The position numbers and the translations under genes are program-made. Below the pieces are notes generated by a model. That model was not told the DNA's origin. It made no database searches and saw only the letters and a program-made list of their open reading frames with translations. A stretch of DNA of 64,000 bases, from assembly GCF_039654945.1 (NCBI RefSeq), contig NW_027361708.1:6138001-6202000 (forward strand). The letters are read 5' to 3'. The stretch's first letter is position 1. Each line of letters opens with the position of its first letter. The DNA is from Dendrobates tinctorius (taxonomy: Eukaryota). Shown piece by piece: positions 1 to 13,465 of this stretch.

Positions 1-37
1 GAATATGTTAGCGCAATATAAAAAAAAATGATTATTA
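1..37 (+). mobile_element. 3' tip of an L2 LINE or L2-tailed SINE
   Basis: gaatatgttagcgcaatataaaaa..attatta resembles the L2 termini at 3161-3210 and 51360-51399. Confidence 0.55.
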
Positions 38-55
38 ATGCAAATTGTACAGTAC

Positions 56-818
56 TGTGATGAATAAATCTCAAGAATTCGGGACCAACGGGATTTTTTG
101 TGACTTGCTTGTCAAGGTTGCAGTGCCCTGGCAGTCACAATTTGACACTATTCACTTGATGTCATGGGTTTACTTCGACAAAGTGGAGCCAGAAGACCAC
201 AGCATCTGATTTCTCCTAATCCTGCAAGTAAAAGAAGCACTTCACCTTCTTATTAAATGGTGCAGGGGTTAATCTGCTTTGTTGAGAGCTCCTGAAGCTA
301 AGGCTCAGCTGTGCACTGTTAGGTTATATAAGAGATGGGAGTGGCTAAGTCCTGGCTTGCAATCATTGTCAAAACTGACTTTTGTTGCATGGCTGGAGGT
401 TGTTGCTGGTGGTTATTGGAGAAAAAGCATTTGGGGGATTTATCTTTGACTGTTGCTAGGTTTTGAGTATGTGATAATTCCCTTTCTTCTCCTACTTAGG
501 TTTTACTCCATTCTCTCCCAGTGCAACCCTCTGTTGTTTATGTGTGCACATTTGTCTGTTTGGTATTTTTCGCTATCCCTGTTTGTATTAACTTGTTAGT
601 CTGGTTGGTGTATTACTGCACACTACTAGTCCCCTCTTCCCTGGGTCTGGGAAGGGTACAGACTGAGGGCAGATTCAGGAGCTAAGGCAAGGTACGTGGC
701 CCCGGCATCTTCACCATCAGAAGTAACCCAGGGAACAAGGTAACCTAAGGTGCTCCATAGCATTAGGGACAGAGAAGAAGCCCCTGGTCCTGGGACACCC
801 AACAACAGATTCGTGACA
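56..818. mobile_element. Probable degenerate solo LTR
   Basis: TGTGA...GTGACA termini and non-coding LTR-like composition. No convincing TSD. Confidence 0.35.
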
Positions 819-905
819 CTTGATTTACGCTGCAATGTAGCAGCAGCATAAAGTGATTTTTTCCACCAAGTAAGCTGCGTCATGGCCAAAAATACATTGG
901 AAACT

Positions 906-1439
906 GTCTCACACAAGTCTTGATCAAAAGGGAATAGTCATTACACCAGACATCCATCTTCTAAGTTAGTTAGGTGGAGCTTACAGGAGGCCATAGATAG
1001 CCCTCAGTTTTCTGAGCTGGCCCTAGACCCCATACATAGCTCCCACCATGACAACGGCTGTCCATAGCTGGCAGTTGCACACTAATTTCCCTGCTAATGG
1101 AGTTCCCAGTGTTACTGACAATTGATCATGCTATGCTAACTTGATCAATTGTCAGTAAAACTGGGAACTCTGTTAGCAAGGAATTTAGTGAGCGATTATA
1201 TCCCCTGAAGAACCCGAAAGGAAGAAACACGTTGAGAGGCACATGTTTTTTGAAGACTAGTTCACTGCAAGGGCCAGCTGGAGACAGCCTTTGTCAGGGC
1301 AGGAGCTATGGTGTCTAAGGTCAGCTCAGGATACTGAGGACTATCCAGGGCCTCCTGAAAGCTCGATCTGACTAACTGGGCTACAAGACAGATGTCTGGT
1401 GTAATGACTATTCCCTTTGGAGCAAGACTTAGGTGAGAC
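906..1439. repeat. Nested inverted repeats around a Penelope-like terminal motif
   Basis: 906-1080 is inverted at 1262-1439, with a second hairpin at 1080-1190. The CTGAAGA..GAAACACGTTG motif is at 1205-1234. Confidence 0.55.
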
Positions 1440-1804
1440 TGTATTTTCCTGCCATTTAATATGTATGTTTGAAAATATTGACACTGCACACAGCATATTG
1501 ACATTGGGACCTGATATATACTGTATGTGAGCTGAAACATTGCCAGTCTCACATAGAGGAACTGAATGACTATCAGGTTCACGATTTGTGTCAAACTGTG
1601 TTATCAAACCTTGTCTTTCACAAGTGTTATGCATATGTGGACACTGACATGTTACCTCAACTCATTAATACTGATATAAGAGATGTGTATGGATTAAGGT
1701 ACTTGTCAGGTTCACATGATATATGTGAACTCAATTGCTGCCAATGCAGTGTTAAAGCGTATTACTGGTGATTCCATTGTTTGCCTATATCACTTTTACC
1801 ACAA

Positions 1805-2056
1805 ATTGAACTATGGACAGCTAGTCTGGTCTTTTGTACTTCTAGTGAAAATGGACTACTGCCAGTTCTATTTTGTCCGATAGAACCTACAGTGGACATT
1901 TAACCACTGTCAGTCTAATTCAGGTCTACAGTATTTCCAGTGAAAACTGAACCACTGTCAGTCACATTGTGGTCTATAGTACTTCTATTTGAAACTGAAC
2001 TAATGTCAGTATCAGTCTTGTCTATAGTACTTCTGGAATAAACTGAATCACTACAG
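1805..2056. repeat. Degenerate ~50 bp tandem repeat
   Basis: Recurrent ctatagtacttctagtgaaactgaaccactgtcagt-like units. Confidence 0.55.
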
Positions 2057-2291
2057 TTTTTATCCCATTTTTGTGTGTATCATTCCCCTAAGTGGTGATA
2101 TTTTATATATTCAGCTTCGTTGTCTTCCCATTGTTCAGTATCCTATACTACTGGATACAATTCCTGGACTGCACATCTACTGCTACTATTCACTTATGTT
2201 GATTGGCTGATAGATTGTTTCAAACAATTTAATCATAATTCTTTTAAGATGCCATCTAAAATAGTTTTGGGTGAAATCAGGTGATTAAGAT

Positions 2292-3208
2292 CTCACCTTT
2301 TCTCACCTTTGAAGCTGCTAAGACTCTTACTGTCGCTCTTATTCATTCTCGCCTGGACTACTGCAACTCTCTTCTGATCGGTCTCCCTCTTACCAAACTT
2401 TCTCCTCTCCAATCCATCTTGAATGCGGCAGCCAGGGTCATATTTCTGTCCAGCCGCTTCACCGATGCCTCCATCTTGTGCCAGTCATTACACTGGCTAC
2501 CTATTCGCTACAGGGTCCAGTATAAACTCATCTCTCTCACCCACAAAGCTCTCCACTGTTCTGCACCGCCTTATATCTCCTCTCTCATCTCTGTCTATCG
2601 CCCTACACGTGCCCTCCGTTCTACAAATGACCTAAGACTAACATCCCCCGTAATCCGAACCTCGCACCTCCGCCTCCAAGACTTCTCTCGTGCTGCTCCA
2701 GCTCTCTGGAATGCACTTCCCCAGGCGATCAGACTGATACCTAGCCCTGACCTATTCAAGCGCGCTTTGAAAACCCATCTCTTCAAACAAGCCTACCACA
2801 TCAACTACCCAGCAAGCTAACTTTGCCCTGTTCCCTCCTTCCAAATATTATTCTGAATCTGCACCCTACTATTCATCTGTCTCCACACCCTTCATGCACA
2901 GGATAACTGCACTTGATACTTGTCTATTGCACTTAAACACACGGGCTGATGACCGGATCATGCAGCTTTATATGAAAATCCCTATTATAATTGCCAGACC
3001 TGAATTAACAAGCATTTTTCACCTACTGTGTCCCCCCATTTCCTTGTAGATTGTAAGCTTGCGAGCAGGGACCTCACTCCTAATGTCACTGTTTGAATTG
3101 TCTTAACTTGTATTGAATTTATTGTCTGTACATGTCCCCGCTTAATTGTAAAGTGCTGCGGAATATGTTGGCGCTATATAAATAAAAATTATTATTATTA
3201 TTATTATT
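2292..3208 (+). mobile_element. L2-clade LINE, 5'-truncated (C-terminal ORF2 + 3'UTR + (ATT)n tail)
   Basis: ORF 2281-2820 has [13 protein letters not shown]...LHWLP...WNALP. (ATT)n tail. Probable TSD ATTAAGAT at 2284-2291 and 3209-3216. Confidence 0.92.
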
Positions 3209-3720
3209 ATTAAGATATTTTGGAGAAAAATATACGGTATTTACTTAGAAAGCAGATGAGCAATTTAAAAGGCAGTCCTTAACCCCTAAAATTCATTTTA
3301 AATAGGCTGTATACAGTGTTGTAGGAGACTTAGCCCCTATAACAACCAAATTAGCACTGTACCTCTACTAGTGCAGTGTCTGTGAAAATAACTTTTAATT
3401 GACATGGAAATGAGGAAGTTTTGATGCCCCCTTGGCATGGCTGAAGGTTTAGTGCGCCATTTAGCATCCCCATTTGCATATTGAGATAAGAAGCAGGGGA
3501 AGAGCCCTAATATGCAAATGAAAGCCCTCTCATTTGCATATGAATTAAAAGTTATTTTCTCAGACTTTGTACCTGTAACAGGCTATGATCACATGTTTCC
3601 TTTTTGCAGCATTTTTTATGCGTTTATAAAGAAATTGTGGTTAAAAGTATTACAGCTACATAAGTAATATTCAAGAGATACAAGAATACAGAACTCTAGT
3701 GGATTTTTATCATTGATTAG

Positions 3721-3873
<153 letters not shown>

Positions 3874-3986
3874 TAGGAGCAAAAAGTTATTTTTTTCTAT
3901 TATGATTTATTTTTACATTTTTTTTTTTATTTACGAGATCATCAAAAAACAAAAGGGTCCAAAAATTGTGGAATCACAAACACATG

Positions 3987-5187
3987 AAAAAAATCAAATG
4001 GTATGACCTGAGGCAAGACAATACCCAGGACATACAAAGATAACCACACGCACAAATAGAGTGCTTAAAAATATAACAATACTTTATTATGCAGCCTTAA
4101 AATCAAAGAAAGTAATCATACATATATTTATTATATTTTTGACAGTAATATCAAGATGCGTCTTGTGTGAAGAGAGCACGTCAGATAAACCTGCGTTTTT
4201 TATATCATGCTAATATTTTAAAAACGGATCAGCTTAAAAGAATCCTATTAACATCTCAATAGGATGGTGTATAAAATATACGTGTCCTGAACTTGTTACA
4301 ATGCACCGCTGCGGGCATTCTTTTCCCAAAACATCCAAGGTGCAAATGCATAAATATGTGTGGAGTATATACCCAGTGGCTGTTTAACTAGCATAGTATA
4401 TGGATGTAAGGCTGGTTTCACATTTGCGTTAAAACAACGCTGCGCCCTGCGTCGTTAAGCCCCGCCCCGAGCCGGCTCCCTGCCCGCCCCATCCGGGATC
4501 ACCGCCTACTTTCGCATTTGCACGCATGCGATCGGCGCACCCTATCTTTAGCATAGGGTGCGCAGATCATGCGCTGCCAGTGTGAAAGTAGCGTGTTGCG
4601 CAATTTTGACGGTGCGCCGTGCGCGCCGAAATGCAACATGCTACATTTTGGCGCGCACGGCGCACCGTCAAAAGTGTGCAACATGCTACTTTCACACTGG
4701 CAGCGCATGATCTGCGCACCCTATGCTAAAGATAGGGTGCGCCGATCGCATGCGTGCAAATGCGAAAGTAGGCGGTGATCCCGGATGGGGCGGGCAGGGA
4801 GCCGGCTCGGGGCGGGGCTTAACGACGCAGTGCGCAGCGTTGTTTTAACGCAAATGTGAAACCAGCCTAACGCATGGCTGGACAAGAAAAGGAAGGAGAT
4901 TTTTATTACCTATTCATGTGAAGAGTCGTAAGAGATCCACCATGCTACTGCGGGCTCCGGCAGTGCTTCCTTCCACCCCAACGCACGTTTCATATTAACT
5001 TCCTCAGGGGGCGTCATCTTGATATTACAGTCAAAAATATAATAAATATATGTATGATTACTTTCTTTGATTTTAAGATTGCATAATAAAATATTGTTAT
5101 ATTTTTAAGAACTATATTTGTTCGAGTGGTTATCTTTGTATGTCCTGGGTATTGTATTGCCTCAGGTCATACCATTTGATTTTTTTT
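3987..5187. mobile_element. Penelope-like remnant with ~175 bp inverted terminal segments
   Basis: 3987-4160 is inverted at 5010-5187. The minus-strand CCTGAGGAAG..GAAACGTGCGTTG motif at ~4977-5009 is typical of PLE termini. Confidence 0.55.
4410..4867. mobile_element. PIF/Harbinger-type palindromic MITE (458 bp)
   Basis: GGCTGGTTTCACA..TGTGAAACCAGCC ends. TAA TSD at 4407-09 and 4868-70. Almost perfect fold-back centred on CATG at 4637-4640. Confidence 0.92.
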
Positions 5188-6000
5188 ATTTACACAGTTT
5201 TAACTTGATGCAGTATATTGAAATCATTGTAGCATCATAGATGTCCCATTAGATTTTTTCATAAAAGACTGACCAGTTATTGTTCGAGGTCCCTACAGCA
5301 TGTGTATGTTCCAGACAATACTCCCGACTCATCCACAGACTAAAACAAGCCCATGTCCACGTATGCCAAAGTGTTGTATTTTAGCTGTTCGTTTAGTGGT
5401 GCATATCATTGTATGTACTGTATGGCATGCAGTTGCATATGTTCAGAAAAAAAAAACAAGAGCCCGTTATACGACCTGGTGAAGGCGCCTGTTTAGTGCT
5501 GAAACGGGTAGCCTTATATATCTACCTTTGGGCCGTCATCCTTTACAGGAGCACCCAGTGGCTCCTTGTTTTTCCTTTACTGAACTTTTTAAGGACTTGA
5601 ATAAACATTTATTCTTTACAGTAGCGCCTGGTGGAGGTTTTTTTTCCATCTACACTCTACTACATGTTTAAGAATTAAAAAAAAACATTTTTTTAAATTA
5701 CTTTTTATTTTGATTTTTCACAAACTTTCAGTATGCTATTGTAAATATTACATTGCTAGGAATGTGCTTAAATAGTTTCCACTGCTGACAATGGTTTATC
5801 ATAGTGAAAGCTGAACAACAAAACAGGAATATAATTACATGTCGTGTACCACCCATATCTCAGCCCCCAAAAAGCAGGTTCACCAACAAAACTTGGTACT
5901 TTAACTATGGAATCCAAGAAGAACAGAATGTTGGCTGTGAAAGCGCTGCTACAAAGCACTTTATCTCCAATTCTGGATATTTAGTTTTTAAGTACTTTAA

Positions 6001-8200
6001 CCCCTTAATAACCTGTGACAAAACATTTTTTGTCAGATCGCGTGCAGGGTGTATTGAGCAGCATAAGAGGTGAGCCAGCTCCATACTCAATAGATATCAG
6101 CAGTGTTTCATAGCCACCATTTGTTTCTGATCACTGTTGTTAAATCCTTTAAATAACGCTGATAATAATTGACAATGTCACTTAGATGATCTTCTTACCG
6201 GTGCATACCAATCCCCATTATCCCCCTCCATGATGTGATCACAGGGAGCCTGATGGATTACCATGGTGGTCGTGGGCCTGCGGTAGACACCTGTGAATAC
6301 CATCTTAGTCCTCTTCTGAAGGGCAACCGAATTAGGGGACTTCATAAAAAAAAATCAGTCACACTAAATATCACAATGTACTGCAGTTTATAGTACAATA
6401 CAATCAATCAAACCATTGCACAACCATGTCCCTAAGGGAGGGATCAAATACTTATATCCCCCACTGTATGTATATATATGTCCTGCCTCTTGATGGGGTC
6501 TGGCGCTGAGCTCACATCTTTCCCCCACTTGATGGCTAATTTAATCAGCTATCAAGTACCTCTAACAGCTGCAGGTGATTCCAACATTCACCCGCAGCTG
6601 TAAACCAGTTAAATGGCACTGACAATCACTGACAGAGGCATTTAAAATGCATCGGGAGGATGTGTGTTACAAACCTTCCCCGTTGTCATCCCATTCACTT
6701 TATCGTGGGGCGCTGATAGGTTGTCATGATAGCTGGTGGTCTGCAGAAGATCCCTGTGCTTGTCATCACAATGCTTCTGTGAACGCCAACTCCTTGTGAT
6801 TTTTGCTATGCAGTACATAACAGGGCTGAAGCCCCACTATGTATAACACTGGTGATTTTATGATCCCTGCTTTAAGTCTCCTAAGGGCACTATTAAGTAA
6901 CGTAAAAAAAAAAATATGAAAAATAGTGTAAAAACTGAAAAGTTCAAAGCACCACCATTTTGTCACATTGCACCACAGTAAAAAAGACACATATTTGGTA
7001 TTGCTCCATTCATAAATATTGGATCTATCAAAATATTTAATTATTTAACAATTTAATCAGGTAAAAAACATCTAAACTCCATAATTATGTTTTTTTGGTC
7101 ACCGCAACATTGCAATAAAATGCAATAAGAGTCGAGCAAAACATCATATCTGCTACAAAATGGTATTAATAAAAATGACAGTTCAAGGTCCAAAAATAAG
7201 CCCTTGCAAAGCCCCAGATACTAAAAAATGGAAATGCTACAGGTCTCGGAAAATGGTGACAAATGCAAAAACTTTTTTTCAGACAAACTTCGGAATTTTT
7301 TTCATCACTTTTCAAAACTGTACAATTTTGGTATCTGCAGAATCATAATAGCGGGTCGGTTTTAGCATTTAGTGAACATGGTAAAAACAAAAAACATTTG
7401 TGGAATTGCACTTTTTTGCAATTTCACCACACTTGGACTTTTTTTCCCATTTTCCAGTACACTATGTGGTAAAATCAATGATGTCATTCAAAAAGAACAA
7501 CTTGTCCTGCAAAAAACAAGCCCTCAGACTGCCATATTGATAGAAAAATGAAAAAGTTGAGGCTCTGGGAAGAAGGTGAGCAAAAAATAATAAAATGGAA
7601 AGTCACCCGGAGGTGAAGGGGATTAAAAATAAATAAATAAATAAGTAAATATATAAAATTTAAATCATCAACAATTTTTGATGATATAGTTTTTTTTCTA
7701 AACATATTTGTTATCATTCTGTTCATAAAAGTTTGAGGTATCAAAGTATAAAATTATTTAAGTGCCAAATAATATCTTTTTTTTGGTTGCAACACTTCCC
7801 CTCAAAAATGCAATAAAAAGCAATGAAAACAATGTATGCTTCCCAAAATGGAGTCAATAAAATCTACTGCTCAGCGTGCAAAAAGAAAAAGCCCTCACAC
7901 TGCTCCATTGATTGAAAAAAGAGTTATAGCTAGTGAAAAAATAGGAGGAAAAAAGTGAAAGTGCAATAATAAAAATCGCTAGGTCGCTAGATAATGAAAT
8001 GTCTATCATGTTTTTCCTCTCAATATAAGCTGTAAGTTGCATCATGCTGTGCACGCTGCTACCTTTCGCAATACATTATAGCCTGGAACTTCAGCATCAA
8101 AAGTCCACTGCCACGAAGGATCAAGAGCAAATGACGGTACTTCTTACTGTCTTTGCTAATTGGTGTTCAAAATTTTATTTGGGCAATCTTAAACAATAAA
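6001..8200. mobile_element. Degenerate non-autonomous piggyBac-like DNA transposon remnants
   Basis: TTAA-CCCCTT start at 5997-6006 and a GAAGGGGATTAA-like end near 7625. AT-rich body; right boundary uncertain. Confidence 0.4.
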
Positions 8201-8279
8201 ACTCCTCTGAAGGGAGACATGTACAAACTGTTTATTAAAAAGCTGGTTTCACAATTATCTTGACACTAGATGGAGGCCT

Positions 8280-9060
8280 GATGCTATCGCATCAGGAGGG
8301 CGGTAATGCCACGATGGGAACAGGCTTTGCAGCGTTGAGAATCTCTCCCCCCATGTGCTCAACCACCTGTCCACTTGTAGGGTCAGTGGGCCGGACTGGG
8401 GGGTGGTCCCTCTCTTACCGCGCAGAGACGTAACAGAGACACGATGGAGGCAAGTGTTGGGTACAACAGGTCCAAGTTTATTCTCTTGCCGTCCACCTGA
8501 CGGCCTCCGAAGTATACCGCACTTCAATTCACTTCACTTATCGGCCCTCCGTTTCCAGGGCCGCTTCACGCACACCGTACTTTACACCGGGAACGTACAT
8601 ATACACACAGTCCCCTCTTCACTCTTCTACGCTCCTGTCAGATACGTCACTGTGGCCGCCTTAGGCCTGTAAACCAACAGTACTTTTACTGATCAGTCGT
8701 CTCTCTCAATACGGCATGCTTTACCTCGGTGCCTTGTCTATACTGCGGTACATTTGTGTCAGGACCACCCCCCTGACTTTCTCTCTCCTCAGTCCCCCTG
8801 GTTTAGTTTTCCTCACAGTGCATAAACTGTCTTCGTCCTCCTGTCACTGGAGCTCCCCCTGGGGACTGGAACTTTCTGAAACCCTCCTGTCAAATTTATA
8901 TCTTTCCCGGTTCCCTGTAACTCCGCCCCCATGACCAATGGTTTCCTAAGCCCTAAGCTGATGTCAAGTCCTTTGCTCACACTCCTCCCTGCCCTCTAAT
9001 GGTCAACCCAAGGTACTGCACGTCCACTACACTTTCTCAGCTGTTTCCCCACTGTAGTAA
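8280..9060 (-). mobile_element. Probable solo LTR remnant
   Basis: GC-richer non-coding block with minus-strand AATAAA (~8477). Termini and TSD not resolved. Confidence 0.3.
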
Positions 9061-9432
9061 CTGACACCTGTTTAAATTGTGCAAACCTTCCTTTCTCTAT
9101 TCTGACAAGTCTGTCCGTCCGTCAGGTCACCTTCCCTACACACTCTCTCTTTCCCCATGTGCTGACTTCTCCCATCTGTGCTCTCTTCTTTGACCGGTCT
9201 ACCCCATGTGCTATCCCCATTGTCTGCTGTCTCTCTCCTTCCTGTGCTGTGCTCTCCCCTCATGTGCTGTCCCATTTGAACTGTCTCCCCCCTGTGCTCT
9301 GTCTGTCTCACCCCTGTGCACTTTCTCTCTCCCCATCTGCTGTCTTCTCCTCTCATGTCATCTATTGTTTGATCTGTGTACCCCATCACTAAACAGTCAG
9401 TGCACAGCATGTCTGGAGGAATTTCTTTTTAA

Positions 9433-9763
9433 ACGGGCTTTCCCATGAACAAAAGTTTATTTTAAAAATTGTTTGTGTCTGACTTTGTATAGAACATACC
9501 ACAGCTCCTGGGCCAGGGAGGAAGCAAAAGACAATACTGACATTACAGCAGGAGATCGCAAAGGATACATTTTGTGAAGTAAAATCTTGTTTAAAAACAG
9601 TCAGTGAATTATTTTACTTCACAAAATGAATCCTCTGTGATCCCCTGCTGTAATGTCAGTATTGTCTTTTGCTTCCTCCCCTGCCCAGGAGATGTGGTAT
9701 GCTCCATACACGATCAGACACAGACAATTTTTAAAATGAACTTTCGTTCGTGGGAAAACCCCT
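9433..9763. mobile_element. TTAA-flanked palindromic MITE (T2/Kolobok type)
   Basis: TTAA at 9429-32 and 9764-67. A(C/G)GGG..CCCCT ends; the two halves are inverted copies. Confidence 0.85.
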
Positions 9764-9883
9764 TTAATGTGACGACTTCCTCTGCCTGTAGACACGTGGC
9801 GCATCTGCCGCCGGGATCAGCCGAATGATTCACTGCGCCTGCGTGGAATTCGCTCAGGCGCAGTGCGACGGTGTTCCGCTGGT

Positions 9884-11870
9884 AAGGCCAGTAAGCTTAA
9901 CATCTGTTGTGGGTAAAATTTTTGAAGGGTTTCTAAGGGATACCATTATGGAATATCTCAATGTTAATAAATGTTTAACTCCATATCAACATGGATTTAT
10001 GAAGGATCGCTCCTGTCAAACTAACCTGATCAACTTCTATGAGGATGTAAGCTCTCAAATGGACCAAGGAGAATCATTGGATGTTATTTATCTCAACTTC
10101 TCTAAAGCATTTGACACTGTCCCACATAAAAGATTGGTAAGTAAGATGAGAAAGCTTGGGCTAGGGGAAAATGTGTGTAGATGGGTACGTAGCTGGCTTA
10201 GTGATAGAAAACAAAGAGTGGTTATTAATGGGGCATACTCAGATTGGGCCAGGGTTACTAGTGGGGCACCACAGGGTTCTGTATTGGGCCCCCTACTATT
10301 TAATATATTTATTAATGATCTAGTGGATGGCTTACACAGTAAAATATCAGTATTTGCAGATGATACAAAACTATGTGAGGTAGTTAACACAAAGGAGGAC
10401 AGTTTGCAACTACAGACAGATTTGAGTAAATTGGAGAATTGGGCTGAAAAATGGCAAATGAGGTTTAACACAGATAAGTGTAAGGTTATGCACATGGGAA
10501 GGAGAAACAGATGCTATAATTACTTACTAAGGCCGGTTTCACATTAGCGCTTTTTAAGCGCACGCACGGCCGGGGGTAGCTCCGCCCCCGAGCCGGCTCT
10601 CTGCCCGGCGTGCCCGCCCCTTGCTTGTAGCGCCGCCTCCTATCGCACAGCGGCGCCTGCGATCGGCGCACCCTATCTTTAGCATAGGGTGCGCAGATCG
10701 TGCGCAGGCCGTGCGCTAGTTGCGCTTTGACCTGCGCTGCGCACTTTTGACGGTGCGCCGTGCGCGCCAAAATCAAACTTTTCGGATTTTGGCACGCACG
10801 GCGCACCGTCAAAAGTGCGCAGCGCAGGTCAAAGCGCAACTAGCGCACGGCCTGCGCACGATCTGCGCACCCTATGCTAAAGATAGGGTGCGCCGATCGC
10901 AGGCGCCGCTGTGCGATAGGAGGCGGCGCTACAAGCAAGGGGCGGGCACGCCGGGCAGAGAGCCGGCTCGGGGGCGGAGCTACCCCCGGCCATGCGTGCG
11001 CTTAAAAAGCGCTAATGTGAAACCGGCCTAAATGGGAAACTGCTGGGGAAATCAGACATGGAAAAAGACTTAGGCATCTTAGTCAATAAGAAGCTAAATT
11101 GGAGTGCCCAGTGTCAGGCAGCTGCCACCAAAGCAAATAGGGTCATGGGATGCATTAGAAGAGGTCTGGGGACACGAGATGAAAACATAATTCTCCCTCT
11201 GTACAAATCACTCGTCAGACCACACTTGGAGTATTGTGTGCAATTTTGGACGTCGATGCTTAAGAAAGACGTTACTGAACTTGAAAGGTTAAAAGGCGGG
11301 CTACTAAAATGATAAATGGAGTTGGTTCACTACAATACCCAGAAAGGTTATCAAAATTAGGTCTATTTACTCTAGAAAAGAGAAGACTTAGGGAAGACTA
11401 TATATATGTACAAGTATATCAGAGGGCAATACAGAGATCTCTCCAGTGAACTGTTTGTACCAAGGACTGTGACAAGAACAAGGGGGCATTCTCTTTGTTT
11501 GGAGGAAAGACAATTTCTGCACCAGCATAGAAGAGGGTTCTTCACGGTAAGAGCAGTGAGGCTCTGGAATTCTCTTCCTGAGAAAGTCGTGATGGCCAAC
11601 TCACTGAATGAATTTAAGAAAGGAATGGATGCTTTTCTTGTGAGTAACAGTATAGAAGGTTACAAATAACAGAATATTATAGGTAGATGGTTGACCCAGC
11701 TTAGGGGAAGGATTTCTTTTCCCTATGGAGAAAATTGGCTTCTACTCTGTGGGTTTTTTGCCTTCCCCAAGATCAACAATGCAGAACAGCTGCACTAAAA
11801 ATAGGCTGAACTAGATGGACATAAGGTCTTCCTTCAGCCTTCAAAACTATGTTACTATATTACTATGTTG
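9884..11870 (+). mobile_element. CR1-clade LINE, 5'-truncated ORF2 (RT), interrupted by a MITE
   Basis: [61 protein letters not shown] motifs. (ACTATGTT)-type octamer tail at 11847-11870. Confidence 0.95.
10531..11028. mobile_element. PIF/Harbinger-type palindromic MITE (498 bp) inserted in CR1 ORF2
   Basis: GGCCGGTTTCACA ends, TAA TSD at 10528-30 and 11029-31. Removal restores the CR1 frame YLL-NGKLLGKSDMEKDLG. Confidence 0.94.
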
Positions 11871-12203
11871 CCATGCAAGAGGCTGCGTGATTGTGTGAAG
11901 TGTGAGTGTGTGTGTGTGAGTGTGAGGCGTATAGAGTGTGTGTGTGGTGCGACGGTGTTCCGCTGGTGGTACCGTGCAATAGGTTGGTACCAGCAACAGT
12001 TTCCATATTGAGACACCCATCACATGGGTGTCCCAATATGGCGGCCGGTGAATTTCCTCCGCTTGGAATTCCGTGATACGGTGACATCTGGACAGAACAG
12101 GAAGTGAAAACATTACAAGGCAATTATATAAATAGATGTAATCAGACTGCCCATAAGCAAAGCGCTCATTCATGACATGAAATGATATTTTACAGTTTAT
12201 AGC

Positions 12204-13427
12204 TGTAAGGTAGCGCTCACTGAGTGCGTTGTGGGACACTCACTTGGCTGCGATATTGATGCACACAGGAACACTTTCCACTTAAACAGTCCATGCGGTT
12301 TATTATGCCATCATAAACTGCACCGTAAGCCCTGTAAACTTCACAGGCTTACACATAACCCATCACATTTCTTAGTACACGGCTTTAACACACTGTCATT
12401 AAACACGCTGGACCTCTTTGTCCAGATACCGTGGGCGATCGCTTGCCAAACAATTCATTAGTGTCCATAGAACATCACGGGCACCAACAGTTATATCTGT
12501 TATATATGTCCGGGGTTACCTCGCAGGAGCTCCTGCTCCAGATGCCAACTCTTTGGTAGTCCTCTCTCAGGGAAGCTGCCGAACTGGGTTCACCATCCCG
12601 GACAACGCCTTGCTCACCAGGCCACCTGACAGTCCAGATCCACAGGTGGACAGTAGCTCGCCCAATGCAGTGCCGTCACTGAGTCTGCAAACACACGTGG
12701 CCTGTCTGTGTGCTATTCAGGACATCCGTCCCCACTTTGGAACCGTCCAACACACAGGCCTCACCGGGTGCTATTCAGGGATCCAACCCTCCTCCCAGGG
12801 TCTCCCAACACACCGACCACCAGGTCCAGGGCCTCAGCAGGTGCTATTCAGGACGTCCGTCGCCTCCTGAGTCCGTCCAACACTCACGCCTCACCAGGTC
12901 CAAGGTCGCAGCACGTGCTCCAGGGATCCGATTCTTCTCCCAGAATCTCTCAACACTGACCCTCCAGGACCTTGCACCCTGAACCATTCAGGTACACACT
13001 CTGTCTCCATGTGACCAGACCTCAGGCACATTATATGGTACATAACCACACCCACAGGTGAGGTATGGATCACATGGTCATGATCTCACTACAGGTCCTA
13101 TTCCACACACAGCCACACACATCCAGGCTTTACATTGGGCATTCAGACACATGCCCCTGGGTGGATTTGTAGATGACTGGTTCCACCCATCTCACCAAGT
13201 CACCTGGAAGCTTTCCCTTATACACAGTAACAAACTCTCAGCAGTACCTCTGCTGATCAACACATGTTCCAGCTTCCATCACAAGGCATCCACCCTTGTG
13301 ATACATATCGGCCATTTACAATCCTGCCACTCACCATTTCCCCATCACAATAAAGGAAACGCCTGCATGCATGTCCTGGGAAGCCTTTACAGTGCCCCCT
13401 AGCTGTCACAGGGGTCACTGCATCACA
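12204..13427 (-). repeat. Complete 3' LTR (1224 bp)
   Basis: Starts TGTGATG right after the PPT, ends CCTTACA at the TSD, and contains the polyA signal. Confidence 0.85.
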
Positions 13428-13465
13428 TACCCCCTTCTGTTCAAACTTGTGGGGTTGAACACTTG

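Noticed and set aside
3370-3570. Three ATGCAAAT/ATTTGCAT octamers just upstream of an exon
   Set aside because: They lie within an inverted-repeat MITE remnant, so they are not independent evidence of a regulatory element.
4499-11031. Paired near-identical ORFs on opposite strands (4499-4778 and 10486-11031)
   Set aside because: An artefact of the palindromic MITEs.
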